NCBI GenBank assembly: GCA_963812605.1
Contig: CAWEWF010000008.1
Coordinates: 32,001 to 96,000, forward strand
Direction: 5' to 3'
From: an uncultured Verrucomicrobiae bacterium
Lineage (GTDB): Bacteria; Verrucomicrobiota; Verrucomicrobiia; Palsa-1439
DNA length: 64,000 bases
The notes below the pieces were generated by a model. The model saw only the letters and a program-made list of their open reading frames with translations. It made no database searches and had not been told where the DNA came from. This document shows positions 41,008 through 50,881 of this stretch, piece after piece; within the stretch, counting starts at the first letter, position 1; each line of letters begins with the position of its first letter. The position numbers and the translations under genes are program-made.

Positions 41008-43094
41008 AAATACAAAGATCCCAGCAACTCATCCTCCTCGTCATTTTGCAGTTCGCAACCCTGGCAGGGCGAACACTGGCTGCGTCGCGTTCGGACATCA
41101 AACTCGATGAACAATGGAAGTTTATCCGTCAGGATGTGGCGGACGCGGCAGCGACAAATTTCGACGACTCCTCGTGGTCGTCCGTGAACGTGCCGCATAC
41201 GTGGAACAATATGGACGGTCAGACCAGCGGTACCCCGTACTATCGCGGCATTGGCTGGTACCGCCGTCATTTGCAGGTCGACCCGCAATTCGCCGGCAAG
41301 AGTTTGTTTCTAAAACTTGATGGGGCCGCGACGGTGGCTGAGGTGTTCGTCAACGGCACATCCATTGGCACGCATAAGGGAAACTTCGCGGCGTTCTGCT
41401 TTGACGCGACCCCATTTCTGCGGGTTGGCCAGGACAATGTGATCGCTGTCAAAGTAAACAACGCGAAGGATAGCGATGTTCCGCCGTTGAGCGGTGATTT
41501 CACCGTCTTCGGAGGTTTGTATCGCGACGTTCATTTGCTCGCGCTCGACAGGCTCTCGATTACTCCGCTCGACTATGCCTCCTCCGGTGTTTACATCAAA
41601 CAAACACGCGTGACCGCGGATTCCGCCGAGTTCGACATCACCATCAAACTGCGTAATGCGAATGGCGCCGGCAAGACTGCCACTGTGCTTTGCGCGATCC
41701 TCGATGCCGCAGGCAAGACGATCCAACAGGCGCGTTCTCGTGAAACACTGGGGGCCAATGCCGTCGCGGATGTCGTGCAACACATCAAAATTGCCAAACC
41801 TCGTCTGTGGAATGGACGAATCGATCCGTATTTGTACAAGCTGACCGTCAATGTTAGTGACGGCGACAAGATCACGGACTCCCTGCCCCAGGTGTTCGGA
41901 GTCCGCACATTTCGAGTTGACCCGAATCTGGGCTTCGTCCTGAACGGGGCGTCCTACCCGTTGCACGGTGTCAGCCGCCATCAAGATCGTCTCGATAAAG
42001 GCTGGGCCATCGGCCCCGCTGAACAGCAGGAGGATTTTCAGTTGATCACCGAAATGGGCGCAACCTGCGTGCGGCTGGCGCATTACCAACAGGATCAGCT
42101 CGTTTATGACATCTGCGACCGCAACGGCCTGGTCCTTTGGACGGAATTGAGCCTGGTGAATGAACTGACAGATTCCGAAGCCTTCACGGAAAACGCGCGC
42201 CAGCAACTGACGGAAATGATCAAGCAGAACTACAACCACCCGTCGATCGCCTTCTGGGGGATCTTCAACGAACTGCATATGAAAAACCACTGGTACGATG
42301 CGCCACCGAAATGGGACATCGTCAAGACCCTTAATCAACTGGCGAAGGACCTTGATTCGACCCGGCTCACCACAGCCGCCAGTTGCATCCGCTCGGTCGA
42401 TCCGCTGAACGCGGTCACGGACGTTATGGCCTTCAACCGATATTACGGGTGGTACAACGGCAAGCCGTCCAACTGGCCGGGGGCCCTTGATAAACTTCAC
42501 CAGGAATGGCCCAACCGCGGCATTGGCATCAGCGAATACGGCGCCGGGGCCGCCATTAGCCAGCACGAAATCTCGACGAACCAACCGAACCCCACCTCGC
42601 ACTGGCATCCTGAAGAGTATCAAGATCTGCTGCACGAGCAGGCCTGGCAGGCCATGAAGGAACGCCCCTGGCTTTTGTGCGAATTGGTGTGGAATATGTT
42701 TGATTTCGCCGTCGGCCAGCGCGATGAGGGGGACCAACCGGGTCGGAACGACAAGGGACTGGTCACCTACGACCGTAAGGTGAAAAAAGACGCGTTCTTT
42801 TGGTACAAAGCCAATTGGACGACAACCCCGTTTGTCTATATCACCAGCCGGCGCTTCACCGACCGTATCGAACCCAAAACGCCGATAAAGATCTACTCGA
42901 ACTGCGACGCGGTGGAATTGAAGATTAACGGTATCAGCCAGGGAACGGTCCACTCGACGAACCATATTTTTTTATGGAATGACATGTTGCTCGCACCCGG
43001 TGAGAATCGTGTCGAGGTTAGCGCCGCCCAAGCCGGCAAAACGTATACGGACTCCTGTTCGTGGACGTATAAAGCCAGCGCTGAGAAGCCTTAG
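41004..43094 (+). CDS. GH2 beta-glycosidase, exported
   Basis: Signal peptide; GIGWYRR, GVSRHQD, RLAHY, NHPSI..W..FNE, ISEYGAG, NDKGLVT. Confidence 0.93.
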   Translation: MKIQRSQQLILLVILQFATLAGRTLAASRSDIKLDEQWKFIRQDVADAAATNFDDSSWSSVNVPHTWNNMDGQTSGTPYYRGIGWYRRHLQVDPQFAGKSLFLKLDGAATVAEVFVNGTSIGTHKGNFAAFCFDATPFLRVGQDNVIAVKVNNAKDSDVPPLSGDFTVFGGLYRDVHLLALDRLSITPLDYASSGVYIKQTRVTADSAEFDITIKLRNANGAGKTATVLCAILDAAGKTIQQARSRETLGANAVADVVQHIKIAKPRLWNGRIDPYLYKLTVNVSDGDKITDSLPQVFGVRTFRVDPNLGFVLNGASYPLHGVSRHQDRLDKGWAIGPAEQQEDFQLITEMGATCVRLAHYQQDQLVYDICDRNGLVLWTELSLVNELTDSEAFTENARQQLTEMIKQNYNHPSIAFWGIFNELHMKNHWYDAPPKWDIVKTLNQLAKDLDSTRLTTAASCIRSVDPLNAVTDVMAFNRYYGWYNGKPSNWPGALDKLHQEWPNRGIGISEYGAGAAISQHEISTNQPNPTSHWHPEEYQDLLHEQAWQAMKERPWLLCELVWNMFDFAVGQRDEGDQPGRNDKGLVTYDRKVKKDAFFWYKANWTTTPFVYITSRRFTDRIEPKTPIKIYSNCDAVELKINGISQGTVHSTNHIFLWNDMLLAPGENRVEVSAAQAGKTYTDSCSWTYKASAEKP

Positions 43095-43119
43095 ACCAAG
43101 ACCCGTGGGTGGGATATTC

Positions 43120-43133
43120 CACAAACGTTTGCA
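43120..43133. promoter_or_regulatory. Auxiliary operator O6
   Basis: CACAAACGTTTGCA, 157 bp upstream of O7. Confidence 0.7.
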
Positions 43134-43256
43134 AGCCATCCCTTAGCGACGGAGTATTTTACCACCCAAGAGTGTACCGCGCATCGCAACCCTGCTGCAA
43201 AAGGGCTCTTGCAAAGGTACGGTGACCATTATCTTTGGTAAAATCAAGGAATGTGG

Positions 43257-43290
43257 TTGACAATTGCGCGCCATTTTGCAATCCTTTGCA
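43257..43290 (+). promoter_or_regulatory. Promoter with operator O7 (43277-43290)
   Basis: TTGACA-N14-TGCAATCCTTTGCA. Confidence 0.8.
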
Positions 43291-43483
43291 CCTAGGCGAG
43301 TAAAGTGTTTCGATTAGTGCGGGATAAGCTCATGAAGCAAGGCGTATCCCCTTACCGGTCGATAATTATCTCCAATCAGCCTGATAAAGTTGTGCGCGTT
43401 TTGTAGCGTAAAATGTGTAAGCGGTTGCGAGCCGCTAATGGGATAGAGAAAAACAAATAGAGGCGAAAGGTGAGGGCAGAATA

Positions 43484-44146
43484 ATGAATGGGATTAGCAG
43501 ATTCATTGGAGGTTCAGCATGCGCCGTGGCACTACTGTTTGCTGCGGGTCAGGTTTCAGCGCAGAACCTTATTGTGAACCCCGGATTTGAGTTGGCCGGT
43601 GCGAACTCTTCGCTCGCGGCAAACTGGACTACCGACACCGCAGCGGGCGGGCCCGTGTATGGCGTCCGGTCGAACGACAATCCGCACGCTGGGTCGTTCA
43701 ACTATGAAATCCACCTGGCCAGTACTGGTGCAGGGCCTGTGGTTCAGTTCAACCAATCCGGGATAGGTGTGACGGCCGGCACGGCGTACAACTTCTCGTT
43801 TTTTTCCGACAAGCTGGCGGGTGCTAACATAGGGGATGTTGAAGAGTATAACGTTCAATGGTTCAATGCCGCTTCGGCACTCATTTCGCAGACGGGCTAT
43901 ACCGGCTTCACCCCGGGAGCAAACGTCTATGCGCAGTCGGTGATCACCAACAACCTGACTGCCCCAGCAGGCGCTGTCACAGCGACCGTTTTTTTGCATG
44001 CCGCAGGTGGCGCAATTGTGGGAGGAGCGGCGACAATCGATTTTGATGACGTTTCGTTCGCTGCCGTACCCGAGCCGACGACCGTCGCATTGGTCGGTCT
44101 TGGCTTGTTCGGCGCCGTTGCGCTCGGCCGCAAACGCAAGTCGTAA
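43484..44146 (+). CDS. PEP-CTERM protein with CBM-like domain
   Basis: Signal peptide VSA-Q; NLIVNPGFE...TAPAGA...DFDDVS; VPEPTT + TM + RKRKS. Confidence 0.9.
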   Translation: MNGISRFIGGSACAVALLFAAGQVSAQNLIVNPGFELAGANSSLAANWTTDTAAGGPVYGVRSNDNPHAGSFNYEIHLASTGAGPVVQFNQSGIGVTAGTAYNFSFFSDKLAGANIGDVEEYNVQWFNAASALISQTGYTGFTPGANVYAQSVITNNLTAPAGAVTATVFLHAAGGAIVGGAATIDFDDVSFAAVPEPTTVALVGLGLFGAVALGRKRKS

Positions 44147-44160
44147 TTCAGCCTTTTGTC

Positions 44161-44192
44161 TGGGAGCGGTGGTCCTATGGCCGCCGCTCCCA
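44161..44192. repeat. REP-like hairpin
   Basis: TGGGAGCGGTGGTC-CTAT-GGCCGCCGCTCCCA. Confidence 0.65.
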
Positions 44193-44217
44193 CGATAAAA
44201 CCGGTAGTTGAGTTGTG

Positions 44218-44245
44218 ATGTCCACGTAAATCGTGGACGTTTTTT
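44218..44245 (+). terminator. Intrinsic terminator
   Basis: ATGTCCACG-TAAAT-CGTGGACGT followed by a T-run. Confidence 0.65.
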
Positions 44246-44288
44246 GTGTCTACTTCGTGACGGCGCAATTCTTGGTGGAATCCAATCC

Positions 44289-45263
44289 ATGAATAAATCG
44301 CTGACCACTCGCCGCCTCGGGAAGTCCGGTATCGAGATTTCGGTGATTGGGACAGGTCTATGGGCGGTCGGAGGAGGATGGGGACCGGTAGATGATCAAC
44401 AGGCTCTCCAGGCCATCGATGCTTCACTGGACGCCGGCATCAATTTCTTCGACACCGCCGATGTCTACGGTGGCGGCCACAGCGAGGAATTGCTTGGCAA
44501 AGCCATGCGGGGGCGCCGCGAGCGATTCGTCGTCGCGTCCAAGATTGGCTGGGTCGGCTACGATGGCAAAACCAACCGCTCGCAGTATAATAGCGTGGAC
44601 AAACTGGTTGCGGGAGTCGAGGAAAGCCTGCGGCGGTTGCAGACAGACCACATTGATTTGATCCAGGACCATGTTTTCTATCGCGAGCCGAATACGGATG
44701 TTTTCATCGAGAGCTTCCAACAGCTGCAGCGTGATGGAAAAGTCCGCGCCTACGGCCTGAGTTCGAGCGATTTCGCTTTCATCAAGGATTTCAACCGTAA
44801 CGGCCACTGCGCGACATTGCAGATCGACTACAGCCTCCTCAATCGAACGCCGGAGAGCGAAATCTTCCCGTATTGCCGGGCGAACAACATCGGTGTGATC
44901 GTTCGCGGCGCCCTGGCGATGGGCATTCTCGCCGGCAAATTCACTTCCGAGACGCGGTTTCCCGAGGGCGACTTCCGCCGCAACTGGCATGAGAAACCCG
45001 AGGAACGACAAACATTTCTCGAAGACCTCGACAAAGTCGAGCGTCTGCGTGCGGTCACCAAGGGGTGCGCATTGTCCCAGCTCGCGCTACGCTTTGTCAT
45101 CGATCACCCCGCCGTCACCACGGTCATCCCCGGCGCGCGTTCGCCCAAACAGGCGCGCGAGAATGTACAGGCCGGGCTGCTCCCTCCGCCCACGCCGGCG
45201 GAGCGTCAACAAATCGATTCCATCACCCCACCGGGAGGCGGCCGCAAAATCTGGCCGGCATAG
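44289..45263 (+). CDS. Aldo/keto reductase
   Basis: RRLGKSG, FFDTADVYG, SLRRLQTDHIDL, VIPGAR. Confidence 0.92.
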   Translation: MNKSLTTRRLGKSGIEISVIGTGLWAVGGGWGPVDDQQALQAIDASLDAGINFFDTADVYGGGHSEELLGKAMRGRRERFVVASKIGWVGYDGKTNRSQYNSVDKLVAGVEESLRRLQTDHIDLIQDHVFYREPNTDVFIESFQQLQRDGKVRAYGLSSSDFAFIKDFNRNGHCATLQIDYSLLNRTPESEIFPYCRANNIGVIVRGALAMGILAGKFTSETRFPEGDFRRNWHEKPEERQTFLEDLDKVERLRAVTKGCALSQLALRFVIDHPAVTTVIPGARSPKQARENVQAGLLPPPTPAERQQIDSITPPGGGRKIWPA

Positions 45264-45274
45264 ACCTTCCGACC

Positions 45275-48188
45275 ATGAATCAGAAACGCAGTGTGCTGAT
45301 TCTTGCCACGCTCCTGGTCACCATCCCCGTGCATGCGGCCTCCTACTATCCGCTCCGTCTGGACGATCCCAAAGCCGTTTACCTTACCAGCAACAGTTTT
45401 CCAGTGCACGCGGATGGTATCGCGGATGACGCCGAGGCCTTGCAGCAGGCCATCAACCGCCTCCAGGAAACCGTGCATCAGGGCATCGTTTTCATTCCCG
45501 AAGGACAATATCGGCTCGGCAAAACCATTTACGTCTGGAACGGCATCCGGTTGATCGGGTATGGCAGCCACCGGCCTGTCTTCATCCTCGGCGAGAATAC
45601 CCCGGGCTTTCAGGAGGGCGATGGCAAATACCTGGTGCACTTCGTCAGCGACCGCCCGAAAGAGGGCCAGCCCATCCGCGACGCCAATCCCGGCACGTTC
45701 TACACCGGGATGAGCAACATCGACATCGAGATTCGGGATGGCAACCCGGCCGCCGTGGGCATCCGTTTTCACGTGGCCCAGCACTCTTACCTCGCGCACA
45801 TCGATTTTCGGATCGGCTCGGGCCGGGCGGGCATCGAGGAGGTTGGTAACGAGGCGGAAGACCTGCATTTCTTTGGGGGCGAGTTTGGCATTACGACGCA
45901 CAAGCCTTCGCCCAGTTGGCCGTTCCTGCTGATCGATTCCTCATTTGAAGGCCAGCGCCAGGCGGCCATTGAAACCGAGGAGGGCGGCCTCACCATCATT
46001 CACAACCAGTTCAAGGGCGTGCCCACCGCCATCGCCATCCGCAAGGACCGCGCTGAGGAACTCTGGATGAAGGATTCGCGTCTGGAGGACGTCTCCGGTC
46101 CCGCGCTGATCATCAGCGACGAGAACAACGCGCGGACCGAGATCAACCTCGAGAATGTTGTTTGCGCGCGGGTGCCGGTTCTCGCCAGTTTCCGCGAAAG
46201 CGGAAAAACGGTTGCGGGCGCTGGCGTCATCTATCAAGTCAAGGCGTTCACGCATGGCCTGCATATTGCGGACCTTGGCGGCACGCCGGAAATCAAAACC
46301 ACATCTGATACTGCCGAGCTGCCATTGTTACCACCGCCGGTCAAATCCGACATCCCCGCCCTCCCTCCCGCGGATACATGGGTCAATCTCCGGGCTCTGG
46401 GCGCCAAGGGCGATGGCAGCACGGACGACACCGCCGCTTTCAAGGAAGCCATTGCCAAACACCGGGCGATTTATTTGCCGTCGGGCCGTTATCGAGTGAC
46501 CGACACGCTCACCCTCAACCCGGATACCGTGCTCGTGGGCCTCCAACCCTACGCCACGCAAATCGTGCTGACGGATTCCACACCGGCATTCGTGGGCGTT
46601 GGCAATCCCAAAGCGTTGCTTGAAACCCCCAAGGGCGGTTCCAATATTGTTACCGGCATCGGCCTGGACACGGGGATCAACAGCCGCGCCGTCGCCGCCA
46701 AGTGGATGGCGGGGAAAGACTCGTTGATGAACGATGTCCGCTTCCTCGGCGGCCATGGCATGTACAATCCCGATGGCACGCGTTTCGTGGTTTACAACAA
46801 CAACCGCACGGGCGATCCCGATGCGTCGCGCCGTTGGGATTCCCAGTATTGGAGCCTCTGGATTACCGACGGCGGCGGCGGGACTTTCAAGGACATCTGG
46901 ACACCCAACAGTTTCGCCCAGGCCGGCCTGTATATTTCCGATACGACGACCGAAGGCCGCATCTATGCCATGTCCAGCGAACACCACGTGCGCAACGAGG
47001 TAAAGCTACGCAACGTCTCCAACTGGCAAATCTACGCGCTGCAAATCGAAGAGGAACGCGGGGAGGGTCCGAACTGTTTGCCGGTCGACATCGACAATTC
47101 GAGCAACATCACGTTCGCCAATCTCTACCTCTACCGCGTCATCAGCACCTACTCTCCGTTTCCCTATGCGGTGAAGATCGCCTCTTCTCGCGACCTCCGC
47201 TTCCGCAATGTCCACGTTTACAGTCCCAGCAAGTTCGCGTTCGACAACACGATCTTCGATCAAACCCACCACGCGGAAATTCGCACACGCGAGATCGCGT
47301 CCCTGAACATTTCCGGCGAGCAACCCCAAGCGCCAGCGGTGCGCGAGTCGACAGTCCTGGCCCCCGGGGCGAAAGTGGAGAAACTCGCGGGAGGGTTCAA
47401 CAATATCGAGAGCGCCGTGGTCGATGCCGACGGCAATGTCTATTTTATTGACGCGCGCTTTCTGCGGATCTACCGCTGGTCTCCTGAAAAGCACGATTTG
47501 ACGATAGTCCGTGACAGTTCGCCGGAACCAGCCGGCCTGGCGTTTGACAAGTCCGGCAATCTTTTGGTCGTGACGCGCTTCGAACACGGTGTATGCGTTT
47601 CGCCCGGATGGCCGGGAGGACGAGATCACTGTTATTAAGCCCGAGCCGGCGATCCTGCGGCCGGGGGTTGTGCCGATCCTACCGGTCAGCCGTTGGCGCG
47701 ACGCGCACGACTTCATCAAGGCCAACACTGAGCCGCCGCCGCTGCACTATCTCTCGCCCGACGGTACCGCTTTCATCCCGGCCACGGAGAATCCCCGGAA
47801 CACCAACTCCATGAGGGCTTTCTTCTCGACGATCGATTTGACCAGGGCCTACGGATTGGCCGCAGCACCGACGAACCAGCCTTTTTACGTCGCTGACGAG
47901 TTCGGCCAGAAGACATGGAGATTCACGCCGCTGCCAGATGGCACTCTCTCCAACCCCAGGCTTTTCGCCGAGGAAGGCGAGGCGGGTAACACGACAGACG
48001 CGGACGGAAATGTCTATGTTGCCGCCGGCAATATCTTTGTCTTTGATCGGTCGGGCAGGCAGATCGACTTGATCGAGGTGCCGGAACGTCCCACCAGCCT
48101 CGTCTTCGGCGGCAAAGATCGCCAGACACTTTTCATCGCGGCGCGCAGTTCGCTTTACGGGATACGCACCAGATTCAAGGGTTTGTAA
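45275..48188 (+). CDS. GH55-like tandem beta-helix glycoside hydrolase fused to SMP-30/gluconolactonase propeller (frame break near 47580)
   Basis: Signal peptide; two DG..DD..A...AI...P.G.Y units; SSEHH; D.DGNVY, VPERPT..FGGKD.QTLFI. Confidence 0.72.
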
Positions 48189-48265
48189 GAAATTTCGGAA
48201 AACCCTCGCATTCAGTGCTATAATACTCTTGGAGAAAGGAATAATGGAGGCTGTATCGATTGAGC

Positions 48266-48303
48266 TTGCCTTATGAAAGGCGCGTTTGCTACAATCGTTT
48301 GCA
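48266..48303 (+). promoter_or_regulatory. Promoter with operator O8 (48290-48303)
   Basis: TTGCCT-18bp-TACAAT (extended TG); TACAATCGTTTGCA overlaps the -10. Confidence 0.7.
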
Positions 48304-48329
48304 TAGTGGGAATTCCGAGGGTTCACGTC

Positions 48330-50174
48330 ATGTTGCGTGGGATACGGCAATCGCTTTCATCGTCAGCAGTTATTTGCGCCTTGTTGGTCTTCGGGCTTTT
48401 TAGCATCTGGACTCGCTCCGTTTACGCCGTCACCAACCTCGTCTTCAGTGACGAATTCAACGGTTCCGGCACTAATATCGACACTACGAAATGGGGATTC
48501 GATCTCGGCAATTCCAGCTCCATTGCGGGTGCAGGTTGGGGTAACGGTGAAAAGGAGACCTACTCCGCTGCCGCCAAGAACGCCTACGTCTCGAACGGCG
48601 TGCTCAATATCGTCGCCCTCAACGATGTCAGGCGGTGCAAACCCTTACAGTTCCGCCCGCCTGAGAACATTGGGTCTTTTTTCATTTACCAATGGGCGCA
48701 TTGAAGTCCGCGCCAGGCTCCCCAGGTTGTCCCCGTATTGGTGGCCGGCGATCTGGATGTTGGCAACCAATTATTCCGGGCACGACCGGCCCCACCAACT
48801 CGTGGCCCGAGTGCGGCGAGATCGACATGGTCGAGAGCAAGGGGAGCACTCCAACTTGAATCTGGCGACCCTCCACAAGGACACCGCCGGCAATCCGGGT
48901 AGTTGATTAGCTCAGGGAGGAAGCTTATACCTTCACAGGGGGAGACGCCAACACCAATTTTCATGACTACGTCACGGAATGGGGGATGAAGTGTTTTAAT
49001 TTTTCCGTCGATAGCAATACGGTCCTCACGAGTCAACAGCGGGACCATAGCAATTGGTCGAGTTCCATCGGCGCTTTCCCCGCGCCATTTAATCATCCGT
49101 TTTACATCATCATGAATCTGGCCGTTGGTGGCCAATTCGTGGGTAGTCCCAACACCGGGTCAATCAACGCTGCCACCACCTTCCCCGGCGATATGCAGAT
49201 CGACTACATTCGCGTTTACCAGGATCTTCCCATCGGGCCGCCATTGCTTTTGTCAGTTCTCCCAGCAACGGCTGCGCCAGTGGTGGCACGGCGATTACCC
49301 TTACCGGGAATAATTTCCAAAACACTTCAACGATCACCATCAATGGCGTGAACGCCACCGGTGTCACCGTCGTAAGTACCAACACAATAACAGCCATCAC
49401 GGGTGCCAGTGCGGGGGGAACGTACAATGTCGTGCTCAAGACTTCCGGCCAATCTCCGACAACACTCACCAACGGTTTTACCTCGCCGGGCCGCCCCTTT
49501 TCGCGGGACCGGGCAGTATCACTCCCGCGATCGAAGGGGCGACATTGACCTGGTCCGCCGCGTCGGGTTCTGCGCCGTTCACCTACGGGGTGTACGAGGC
49601 GACCAATAGCGGAGGGGAAACCAGCCCGCTCCTGACGACCAATGCCCTCGCGGCTTTCATTTCGCTGTATCCGGGGAGCAACAGCGCGATCACCTACTTT
49701 TTCAAGGTGCATGCGACTGATAGTTGCAGCAGCACCGAAACCAACCAGGTTGAACTGTCCGTCCAACCGCTCCTGGATCCGAACAAGAGCCAGGTCGGCG
49801 ACGGTATTCCCAACGGCTGGAAACAGCAATACGGCTTCGATCCGTTCAATCCCTCCGTGGCGGGCGCGGATCCGGATGGTGACGGGATGTCGAACCTGCA
49901 GGAATATCTCACGGGGACGGATCCGACCAATAGCGCTTCCTATTTCCACATCCTCTCCATTGTGCCCTTGGGCAATGACGTGCTGATCACGTGGATGACC
50001 GCAGGCGGACTGACGAACGCTGTGGAGACAGTAACTGCCCTTGGTGGCACCTATTCCAATATCAGCGGGAACATTGTCATTACAGGCACTGGCCTGACGA
50101 CGACGAACTATCTCGACGCGGGCGCTGCCACCAATTCGCCCGCCAACTTCTACCACATCCGCCTCGTGCCCTAG
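48330..50174 (+). CDS. Modular GH16 (laminarinase-like) + IPT/TIG + FN3-like + DGDG Ca-binding repeat + FYR domain (multiple frame breaks)
   Basis: FSDEFNG, GWGNGEKE, YSSARL, WPAIWML, WPECGEIDMVE (about 48803-48835), FYIIMNLAVGG, DPDGDGMSNLQEYLTGTDP, FYHIRLVP. Confidence 0.8.
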
Positions 50175-50209
50175 GGCACGGTAGTCTCCGTTCCTGGCGG
50201 ATACTTCGT

Positions 50210-50238
50210 TTGACCGCTGGGCAATCTTCGGGTATAAA
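50210..50238 (+). promoter_or_regulatory. Sigma70 promoter upstream of tRNA-Ser fragment
   Basis: TTGACC-17bp-TATAAA. Confidence 0.6.
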
Positions 50239-50290
50239 TCATAACACCGTTCGGCTGGCGTCGCTGTAACACTTTGCCAGCAAAGCAATT

Positions 50291-50333
50291 GGAGGGGTGT
50301 CCGAGTGGTTGAAGGAGCTGGTCTCGAAAACCA
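50291..50333 (+). pseudogene. 5' half of tRNA-Ser(CGA), truncated after the anticodon stem (att-like)
   Basis: GGAGGGG-TGTCCGAGTGGTTGAAGGAG-CTGGT-CTCGAAA-ACCA, then non-tRNA sequence. Confidence 0.85.
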
Positions 50334-50881
50334 TTTTAAGCTCATTTTGGATTTCTCCATTTTCCTGAATAAACTCCGCCGTTCCTTACATAATAAGCCT
50401 TACGAGGCCAAATGGACTTTTGCGCTGACTTGCGCCAAATAGCACAAAAAGGCAGTCGAGTTGCCAATTTTTGCCAAGTGGCCGGGTGTAAAAAATGCAC
50501 TGCGGAACCCACCGAAGATTGCGGTCGTCCCGGTGCCAGAGCACATGGTTCCACAGGATAGGTCGATCCCATTTTCAGCATGGCCCGATCTCCGCAAAAT
50601 AGGCAGTTCGGGCCTGAATGATGGTTAGGAGCACAGACTGTAACGCCTGCGGATTACGGACGGGTCAGCCACGCAGGCGATGTAGGGAAGCCGGAGAGCT
50701 ACGTCGTATCCTGCTGACGGAGTACGTCTGTTGAGCTTGGTTACTGAGCGGACGGCTGAAACAAGGATGGCAATGCTGGGGCCAACATCAACCAGGCGCA
50801 TATCGCCGGGTGCGGCACGAATGCTTTAGTTCTTTTGCCGACCCAAAATCGTGTGATAATCTGCGGTGAGAGTCCGGGTCA

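Noticed and set aside
41310-42965. Long antisense ORFs (e.g. 41310-42965, 39589-40803, 37709-38782, 49164-50360)
   Set aside because: Shadow ORFs opposite well-supported genes in GC-rich DNA, with no recognisable motifs.
43291-43483. Long 5' leader of the PEP-CTERM gene as an ncRNA
   Set aside because: No convincing structure or known motif by eye.
50291-50333. Intact or intron-containing tRNA-Ser
   Set aside because: No variable arm, T-arm or acceptor follows. The anticodon loop is uninterrupted and no intron core was recognised.
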